A program made the translations under genes and the position numbers. From positions 35,587 through 99,586 of the forward strand of contig JBCCHJ010000013.1 in the NCBI GenBank assembly GCA_039028795.1: a stretch of DNA of 64,000 bases, in the 5' to 3' direction. Position 1 is the first letter of the stretch. The number at the start of each line of letters is the position of its first letter. Below, piece by piece: positions 57,013 through 64,000 of this stretch. The stretch comes from Pseudomonadota bacterium (lineage in GTDB: Bacteria > Pseudomonadota > Alphaproteobacteria > Rhodobacterales > Rhodobacteraceae). The notes beneath the pieces were generated by a model, which had not been told where the DNA came from, made no database searches, and saw only the letters and a program-made list of their open reading frames with translations.

Positions 57013-58383
57013 CTACGCGGCGTCGGTTATCGCATAATATGCGGCCGTTAGCACGATCAGCGACAGCGCTGTGAAGAGCCCATTCCATCGATAGGTCAGC
57101 GTGGTCCCGGCGTGCGGCGTGACCCGCGACAGAAACACGACCCCGGCTGCGAACGGCGAAAAGGTCGAGCTGACTGCTAGCCCGGCAGCAACCGCCAGCG
57201 CTGTCAGCGTGTGCGAGGCCGGAAGGCTTTCCAATACCGCCAACACGGCACCGAAGAACACCGCCATCATGATCGGGGAAAGACCAAACTGGCTGAGTAT
57301 CGTGACTGCTAAAGTCGTTCCGAAGAGAAAGATCCAAGCAGGGATGGACGCCAGGTTCATCCAGTCTGCGATCGCCTGGGCGGGCAAAAGCGCCGCGCCA
57401 GCGATGCCGACCAGGCCCGCGCAAGCAAGCGTCACTGCGGCGGGCGCAGTCGCAGGCAGACCCTGATTGGCGATGTGGTGTAGCTGGGCGGACATATCGA
57501 CGTCTTGGACCCGAAGCCAGCCCAGCATCACCAGCGGCGCGGCCCCCATAAGCGCACCGGGCACACCAAGGCCGAACAGCACCATCAGAACGCCGGTCAG
57601 GACCGCAAGGCCGATGCAAACCCCAAGGAACCGTTTCAATGCTTGAACTGGTAAGCTCGCGGCTGAAACAGGTGGCAACCCATAGGCCTCAGCCGTGTGA
57701 TTACGCCAGACGATCCGGTCCTCCAGCCAACCCAACAGCAGCATCACAAAGGCAAGACCCAGACCCAGGCCGATCCAAATCGCCCGATCCGCCTGGGGGA
57801 GCAGTCCGAACAAGGCCAAGGGTGCGATCGCAGTAGGCGACCAGACGACAGACCACGAAAATCCCCGGATCACAGCATTCAACTGACGACGTTCACGGAT
57901 CGGGCTCAGCGGGTCGTCCGGGCTCTCTGCCGCCGCGCGGGTGATCAACGGCGCCAAAAGGCTGAGCGTGCCGATATTGAAAATCACCGCCATGGACATG
58001 GTGCCGGTATAGAGCCCAACAAATCGGCGCCCACCCGGCTGCCTGGCCAGATAGCCGCCTAGTCGCGCTACGGATTGAGATGTTTGCGCAGCCTCTTGGA
58101 TCAACGAAATACAGAGCAGAAAAGCCATCAGGAAGACCGCCTGATCCAATGCCCTGATCGTGGCATCAAACGGGTCGTCATGAAGTGCCCAGAGCAATCC
58201 GCCCATGGCGCCGGAAAGGGTCAGAAGATAGTATTCGCGCAGCCCCAAGCGCGGCAGCGCCACTATGACCGTAAGCGCCATAGCGACATAGGCCGGTACG
58301 CCCGCCCAAAGAGACCCAGTGAACTGATGTGCGATCTCCAGTGCCATCAGAACCAACAGCAACGGCACCAAAGGATTCTTCAT
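57013..58383 (-). CDS. Polytopic membrane protein, probable secondary transporter
   Basis: More than 10 hydrophobic segments; WSPT motif; substrate unknown. Confidence 0.75.
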   Translation of the reverse strand: MKNPLVPLLLVLMALEIAHQFTGSLWAGVPAYVAMALTVIVALPRLGLREYYLLTLSGAMGGLLWALHDDPFDATIRALDQAVFLMAFLLCISLIQEAAQTSQSVARLGGYLARQPGGRRFVGLYTGTMSMAVIFNIGTLSLLAPLITRAAAESPDDPLSPIRERRQLNAVIRGFSWSVVWSPTAIAPLALFGLLPQADRAIWIGLGLGLAFVMLLLGWLEDRIVWRNHTAEAYGLPPVSAASLPVQALKRFLGVCIGLAVLTGVLMVLFGLGVPGALMGAAPLVMLGWLRVQDVDMSAQLHHIANQGLPATAPAAVTLACAGLVGIAGAALLPAQAIADWMNLASIPAWIFLFGTTLAVTILSQFGLSPIMMAVFFGAVLAVLESLPASHTLTALAVAAGLAVSSTFSPFAAGVVFLSRVTPHAGTTLTYRWNGLFTALSLIVLTAAYYAITDAA

Positions 58384-58549
58384 CCTGGTATCATTAAACG
58401 CGTTAGACCGCTTAGCACGTCACGCTGATCACGCATCCGATTTATCAAACGGCTCTCCACTGATGATTGCCTGCGGGGCAAGGGACCGCCTAAAGGTAAC
58501 CTGACCGCACAGGCCAGGGCTATCCGCCGGCGTGCGACAAAGAGGTTGG

Positions 58550-59530
58550 ATGACCGATGGGGGTAAAATGCGGCTGACGGTTCTGGGTGCTCACCATCCG
58601 GACGCGATGGCGATGCTGGCGACGCGCCCTGAAATAGATGTCCGGGTGGTAGAGGCAGCTCTCGCGCCACGCGCCGAAATCGAAGCTGCTGTTGCAGGTG
58701 CCCACGCCATTGCGGTTCGGACAGCTACGGTCGATGCGCCATTGCTGGAAATGTGCCCGGATTTGAAGATCATCTCACGCCATGGGGTGGGATGCGACAA
58801 TGTCGATGTAAGCTGGATGTCACAGCGCGGACTGCCAGTGGCGATCTCCGTTGGCGGCAATGACCGGTCGGTGGCAGAGCATGCCTTGGGCATGATGCTG
58901 GGACTAGCCAAAGACTTTGAACGGCAGACAGCATTTACGCGCCTTGCCGATTGGTCCGTCCGTGAAACTCATATGGCCTTCGACCTGCAGGGCAAGACAT
59001 TGCTGATCCTGGGCTATGGCCGCATTGGATCCCGAACCGCGAACCTGGCCTTGGCGTTCGGCATGGACGTTCTGGCTTACGACCCTTATGTCGACGACTA
59101 TCCTGCAGGCGTGACCCGGGTTGCCGACATGGCTGATGGATTGGCGCGCGCTGACGTCGTTACCATCCACGTGCCTAAATACCGTGAGACAACGCCCCTG
59201 ATCGGGAAAGCTGAAATCGCCGCGATGCCGCCTGGCACTATCCTGATCAATTGCGCCCGCGGCGGCATCGCGGATGAAGCCGCCGTGGCAAAGGCACTGC
59301 AGGACGGCCACTTGGCGGGATATGGCTGCGATGTCTTTGCGGAAGAGCCGGCGACGCCGGATAACCCGATCTTGTCAGCCCCAAATACGATCCTGACGCC
59401 CCATTCAGCCGCTATGACACCTCAGGGCATGCGGCGTATGGGAATGATCGGGCTGCAGAATGTGCTGGACTGTTTCGACGGCTGTCTGAAACCGGAAATG
59501 ATCTTTAATCGAAAGGAACTTGGCCTGTGA
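58550..59530 (+). CDS. D-isomer-specific 2-hydroxyacid dehydrogenase
   Basis: RHGVGCDNVD, SVAEHA, GYGRIG, INCARGG, DVFAEEP, TPHSA. Confidence 0.93.
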   Translation: MTDGGKMRLTVLGAHHPDAMAMLATRPEIDVRVVEAALAPRAEIEAAVAGAHAIAVRTATVDAPLLEMCPDLKIISRHGVGCDNVDVSWMSQRGLPVAISVGGNDRSVAEHALGMMLGLAKDFERQTAFTRLADWSVRETHMAFDLQGKTLLILGYGRIGSRTANLALAFGMDVLAYDPYVDDYPAGVTRVADMADGLARADVVTIHVPKYRETTPLIGKAEIAAMPPGTILINCARGGIADEAAVAKALQDGHLAGYGCDVFAEEPATPDNPILSAPNTILTPHSAAMTPQGMRRMGMIGLQNVLDCFDGCLKPEMIFNRKELGL

Positions 59531-59532
59531 AC

Positions 59533-60639
59533 ATGCCAATCCCCAATCATGTGTTGCTGAACCCCGACGGACTGGCAGAGGTGCTGACCCGGGTGTTCCA
59601 AGCCGCAGGCGGAACCGAGGACGAGGCCCGGATCATCGGTGTCAATCTGGTCGAGGCCAATCTGGCAGGCCATGACAGCCATGGCGTTGTGCGAACCCAG
59701 CGCTATTGCGATTGGGTGAAGGAAGGCAAGGTCTTCTTCGACCGCCAGATTACGCCGGTCGTCGACAGTCCCGCCTTTGCCTTGCTCGAGGCCAATCTCG
59801 GCTTTGGCCAATCCATTGGCATCGAGGCCGTAAAGATCGGGGTTGAGAAAGCGCGGGACCAGGGTGTCTCGGTCATCGGCTTGCGCAATTCAGGACATCT
59901 CGGCCGGATCGGCGAATGGGCGGAACGCGCCTGCGCAGAAGGCTTCGTCTCGATCCACTTCGTAAACGCCTATCATTCCCGGCTGGTGGCGCCCTACGGA
60001 GGGGCGGAACGCTGCATGGGCACAAATCCAGTCGCCGTTGGAATGCCGGTCGAGGGCGGGGACTTCGTGCTGGACTTCGCCACCTCGACCGTCGCCGAGG
60101 GTAAGGTCCTGGTCGCCGCGCGCGGTGGCAAAACGGTGCCCGAGGGGTCGCTGATCGGGCCGGATGGGGAGTATTCGACTGACCCTGGTGTTCTCTACGG
60201 CCCGTTGGCACCCGGCGAATTGCCAAACCCGCGCAATGGCCCTGGTGCCCTGACGGCCATGGGTCTTCACAAAGGTTCGGGCCTTGCCCTGGCCTGCGAA
60301 ATGCTGGCGGGTGCGCTGACCGGATCGGGCACGTGTGCACCGGGCTATGACTTCCACAACGGTATGCTGTCGATCTATGTCGATCCAGGGCGCATGGATG
60401 ACGGGCATGATTGGGCAAGGGCCGCGAAGGAATACATCGACTACGTCCACGGCTTGAAGCCGCGCGATCCGGAAGCGCCTGTCCTGATCCCCGGCGACCC
60501 GGAACGCCAGCGCCGGGCCGACCGGCGCGCAAACGGTCTGCCCTTGCCTGGTGAAGCCTGGGACAGCATTTTGGCCGCCGGCGAGCGGCTGGGCCTGAAC
60601 CGAGATGATTTGGCCGCCATGGCAGTGAAAGGAGATTGA
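59533..60639 (+). CDS. Malate/L-lactate/ureidoglycolate dehydrogenase (Ldh_2) family
   Basis: NLAGHDSHGV, HLGRIG, GTNPVAVG, LDFATS, HKGSGL, LIPGDPE. Confidence 0.92.
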   Translation: MPIPNHVLLNPDGLAEVLTRVFQAAGGTEDEARIIGVNLVEANLAGHDSHGVVRTQRYCDWVKEGKVFFDRQITPVVDSPAFALLEANLGFGQSIGIEAVKIGVEKARDQGVSVIGLRNSGHLGRIGEWAERACAEGFVSIHFVNAYHSRLVAPYGGAERCMGTNPVAVGMPVEGGDFVLDFATSTVAEGKVLVAARGGKTVPEGSLIGPDGEYSTDPGVLYGPLAPGELPNPRNGPGALTAMGLHKGSGLALACEMLAGALTGSGTCAPGYDFHNGMLSIYVDPGRMDDGHDWARAAKEYIDYVHGLKPRDPEAPVLIPGDPERQRRADRRANGLPLPGEAWDSILAAGERLGLNRDDLAAMAVKGD

Positions 60640-60640
60640 T

Positions 60641-61402
60641 ATGAACCCCAACGGCCTACGCGCCCGAATTCTGCGCCGGGATATTATGTCCGGCACCTTT
60701 GTCAAAACCCCGGCTTACGAGATTATCGAGGTTCTGGCGCAGTCCGGCATGGACTTCATCTGCATCGATTGCGAGCATGCCGCCAATGACCGGCGCGGCA
60801 TGGATGCTTCGCTGGCGATGGCAAAGGCGATTGGTCTGCCTGCCCTGGTGCGGGTGCCCGAGTTTACCCCTGGCAATGTGCTGATGGCCTTGGATTCAGG
60901 GGCAGTTGGTGTGGTGATCCCGCATGTGGATAGCGCAGCGAAAGCCGCCGCAGTCGCCAAGTCCGCACATTTTGGTCATGGCGGGCGCGGGTTCGCGGGC
61001 TCGACCCGATGGGCAGGTCAGGGATCGAAGACGATGACCGAGGTTTTGGCAATGGATGATGAAACCATTGTCCTGGCGCAGATCGAGGAACCAGAAGGGA
61101 TGGAGGAATTGGATGCCATTGCCGCCACCGATGGCATCGATGGCCTTTTCGTTGGGCCTGCCGATATGTCGGTGGCGCTGGGCGTCAACGACCCGGCCCA
61201 TCCTGATGTTCGCGCGATTATGGGCCAGGTCGGCGATGTCGCTAAATCGCATGGCAAGGGAGCGGTGACATTTGCCCCAAATACCGCCAGCGCATCGGAA
61301 TTGCAGGCCCTGGGGATCAACATGTTCTTTATCGGGTCTGAGCACTCAATCATGCTGGGCGCCGCAAAGCAGGTCGCTGCGGATATCTCAGCGCTTAAAT
61401 GA
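60641..61402 (+). CDS. HpcH/HpaI class II aldolase
   Basis: IDCEH, LDSGAVGVVIPHVDS, AQIEE, FVGPADMS. Confidence 0.92.
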   Translation: MNPNGLRARILRRDIMSGTFVKTPAYEIIEVLAQSGMDFICIDCEHAANDRRGMDASLAMAKAIGLPALVRVPEFTPGNVLMALDSGAVGVVIPHVDSAAKAAAVAKSAHFGHGGRGFAGSTRWAGQGSKTMTEVLAMDDETIVLAQIEEPEGMEELDAIAATDGIDGLFVGPADMSVALGVNDPAHPDVRAIMGQVGDVAKSHGKGAVTFAPNTASASELQALGINMFFIGSEHSIMLGAAKQVAADISALK

Positions 61403-61998
61403 TGCAGCTCTTCTTTGCGGCCGCTTTACTGATGGCGGGTTCAGCAATGGCCCAGGTGATTTATAAATACGAAATCCCCGATCCGAAGCGGCCAGTTTCC
61501 GGTGCGGATACCGGCCCGACTGGAGAACTCGTTCCCTTCACACCGGATCCATTGGACGCCACATCTGTCGTCGGCTGCAGGATCGACGAAGCTTCATCGA
61601 TCGTAGGAACATATGGCATGGGCGGCCCCGGTTTTCTGGGGTTCCGTCTGGATCAAGATTGGTTGGTGATCGCGATTTGGGGTGCCGGCGAGTGGACATT
61701 GGTGAATGGAAAACTGGTCACGGACATCTTCCACGACCAATACGATCGGCCGATCCCTTGGATAAGCGAAGACAACGACGACTTATCGCCTTTGATTGTC
61801 GGTCAGATGATCTCTGATATCTCGGTCGAACCGCGCTCTCTCCGCATTCTTTTCAGCAACAGTGCGCTGTTGGAAATCGACGAGAGTCCCGACCGGAGAC
61901 CGATCATGGAGGGGTCTAAGGAACCTCGTGCATTTAAGTTTGACGATGACCTGCGTCGTGCAGTTTTTCTGGCGCCAACCACGGAGATATGGGTTTGA
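61399..61998 (+). CDS. Secreted hypothetical protein
   Basis: Signal peptide (AMA); overlaps both neighbours; YGMGGPGFLG motif. Confidence 0.65.
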   Translation: MMQLFFAAALLMAGSAMAQVIYKYEIPDPKRPVSGADTGPTGELVPFTPDPLDATSVVGCRIDEASSIVGTYGMGGPGFLGFRLDQDWLVIAIWGAGEWTLVNGKLVTDIFHDQYDRPIPWISEDNDDLSPLIVGQMISDISVEPRSLRILFSNSALLEIDESPDRRPIMEGSKEPRAFKFDDDLRRAVFLAPTTEIWV

Positions 61999-63365
61999 CC
62001 AAAACCGTTCATATAGGCTGTGGAGCCGGATTTATGGGCGACCGGTTCGATGCGTCTTTGCCGATCCTGCGCGATATGGAAACGCGGGATGGGCCGAAAT
62101 ACCTGATGTTCGAGGTACTGGCCGAGAGGACCTTGGCCGTGGCTCAGAACCTTCGGCGGGATGACCCATCGAAAGGGTATTCGCCTTATCTGGATCAATA
62201 TATCCGACCGGCACTTGCGGAGGCCAAAGACGGCGGTGTCACCATCGTCTCGAACATGGGGGCCGCAAATCCGGTCGGCGCCGCGCAGCGTGTGCTGGCG
62301 ATAGCAGGTGAATTGGGCGTCCAAGATGTCTCGGTCGCGACGGTTACGGGTGATGACTTATTGGCGCACATCCCTGCTGCAGAGATCGCAGCTATGCCGA
62401 CCGTGGAAGGCATCGGATTCGAAGGCCGCCCGATCGTTGCTGCCAATGCCTATCTGGGCGCCCGGTCAGTTTCCGATGCGGTCGCAACTGGCGCAGATGT
62501 TGTCCTGGTCGGACGGACCACGGACTCAGCCCTGGCGCTGGGCCCTCTAATTCACGAATTCGACTGGGCCGAAGACGACTTGGACCGGCTGGCCCAGGGC
62601 ACCACTGCTGGCCACTTGCTGGAATGCGGCGGGCAGGTCACCGGTTGCTACTTCGCGGACCCGGGTTTCAAGGATGTGCCAGGGCTGTCTTCGGCGGGTT
62701 TTCCAATCGCGGAAGTTCAGGAAGACGGATCTTTCACGATCACCAAGCCCGACGGAACCGGCGGCGTCGTGAACCGGCAGACGGTGACCGAGCAACTGCT
62801 TTACGAGATGCACGACCCATCTGCCTATCTGGTCCCCGATGTCACGCTGGATTGCACCGGGATGACGGCGACGGAGTCTGGTCCTGACCGGGTGGCCGTT
62901 GCGGGGGCCAAGGGCCACCCCCCACCCACAACCTTGAAGGCAACTATCAGCGTCGACGGTGGTTTTCTGGGCGAGGCCTTCATGACCTATTCCGGGCCCA
63001 ATGCGCTGGCCCGCGCGGATCTGGCCGGAGAGATTGTCCGGGACCGCTTGGCGGCCAACGGATTGAACGAGCCCGTGCGCATCGAAACCCTGGGCACAGG
63101 AGCCACCCATGACGGTGGCGATGCGGACAAACGTGCACGGCGATCCCTGCCGACAGATGGCGAATACACGGTGCGTGTGGCTGTGCAATCTGTCGACAAG
63201 GCCCGAGCACAGATGATCTGCGACGAACTGATGATGCTTTACTGCTCTGGCCCCGCCGGGGGAGGCGGATATCGCGGATCAGTAACATCTCAGGTCGCGA
63301 CGGCCTCTGTCCTGCTTCCTCGCGAACGGGTGCAACCCTATGTGGAGATCGAGGTGCACAGATGA
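61989..63365 (+). CDS. Acyclic terpene utilization AtuA family protein
   Basis: GCGAGFMGDR, FEVLAERT, GHLLECGGQVTG, EQLLYEMHDP..PDV. Confidence 0.92.
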   Translation: MGLTKTVHIGCGAGFMGDRFDASLPILRDMETRDGPKYLMFEVLAERTLAVAQNLRRDDPSKGYSPYLDQYIRPALAEAKDGGVTIVSNMGAANPVGAAQRVLAIAGELGVQDVSVATVTGDDLLAHIPAAEIAAMPTVEGIGFEGRPIVAANAYLGARSVSDAVATGADVVLVGRTTDSALALGPLIHEFDWAEDDLDRLAQGTTAGHLLECGGQVTGCYFADPGFKDVPGLSSAGFPIAEVQEDGSFTITKPDGTGGVVNRQTVTEQLLYEMHDPSAYLVPDVTLDCTGMTATESGPDRVAVAGAKGHPPPTTLKATISVDGGFLGEAFMTYSGPNALARADLAGEIVRDRLAANGLNEPVRIETLGTGATHDGGDADKRARRSLPTDGEYTVRVAVQSVDKARAQMICDELMMLYCSGPAGGGGYRGSVTSQVATASVLLPRERVQPYVEIEVHR

Positions 63366-63727
63366 TCTTGCATCTGCCGCTGCATGCCATTGCCCATGGC
63401 CGGGCGGGGGACAAGGGGGATACATCCAATGTGTCCGTCATCGCGTACCGGCCAGAGGCATGGCCGTACCTGTTAGATCAGGTCACCGAAGATCGTGTCC
63501 TGCAAGCCTTCCAGCATTTCGGAGCGACCGTTTGCGATCGGTATGAACTACCAAATCTGCATGCTCTGAACTTTGTCATTCAGAACGCGCTTCAGGGCGG
63601 CGTCAATGCAACCCTCGGCTTGGACAGGCATGGCAAGACATTGTCTTTTCTGCTGCTTGGTGAAATCATGGTGGACGTGCCCCGGGATGTTGTGCCTGAT
63701 GGCTCGCCTTACCTGAGCCAAACCTAG
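63362..63727 (+). CDS. AtuA-associated small protein (AtuA C-terminal-like)
   Basis: HGRAGDKGDTSN, YELPNLHALNFV, LDRHGKTLS. Confidence 0.88.
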   Translation: MILHLPLHAIAHGRAGDKGDTSNVSVIAYRPEAWPYLLDQVTEDRVLQAFQHFGATVCDRYELPNLHALNFVIQNALQGGVNATLGLDRHGKTLSFLLLGEIMVDVPRDVVPDGSPYLSQT

Positions 63728-63810
63728 CTCCACCCCATCCGAGGTGCGCGCTTGACCTGCCCCTCGGAACCCGATCAACTCGGTCTAGCCAAAGTAGATA
63801 AGAGCCGATT

Positions 63811-64000
63811 ATGCCTGTGATTCCCCAAATATCCGAATATGCCGATGACCTGGTCGCCATCCGCCGGGATTTCCACGAAAATCCCGAATTAGGGATGGAA
63901 GAGGTCCGAACCTCGGGCATCGTCGCTAAATTGCTTAAGGATTGGGGTATCGAGACCCACACCGGCATCGGCAATACCGGGGTCGTCGGGATTCTGCACG
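63811..64000 (+). CDS. M20 family amidohydrolase (partial, runs off window end)
   Basis: MPVIPQISEYADDLVAIRRDFHENPELGMEEVRTSGIVA..TGVVGIL. Confidence 0.9.
   Translation, partial: MPVIPQISEYADDLVAIRRDFHENPELGMEEVRTSGIVAKLLKDWGIETHTGIGNTGVVGILH

Overview
About 60% GC alphaproteobacterial chromosomal segment; gene content and order suggest Rhodobacterales. Housekeeping islands (lgt, queG/fzlA, the F0 ATP synthase operon atpI-B-E-b'-b, FMN riboswitch-ribH, smpB, dapA, slt, metY-queA, lpdA, yqiJ/yqiK flotillin) are interspersed with many small accessory metabolic, redox and detoxification genes. A catabolic-looking cluster occupies about 52-64 kb. I saw no integrase, transposase, rRNA or CRISPR array. 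The most unusual element is a compact cluster of three tandem tRNA-Leu genes at 50037-50449 (anticodons TAA, CAG, GAG). All three lack the long variable arm typical of bacterial tRNA-Leu but keep the Leu-type D-arm, A15:U48 and A73. The CAG and GAG tRNAs have A37 where canonical ones carry the TrmD target G37. Other leads: two genes split by a single in-frame stop, a pair of paralogous Sel1/peptidoglycan-binding secreted proteins, a probably leaderless TetR gene bracketed by 24-bp inverted copies of one site, an 11-bp-period tandem repeat, unannotated small ORFs and an eroded sulfatase. All calls were made by eye from the sequence and ORF track; no database searches were run.
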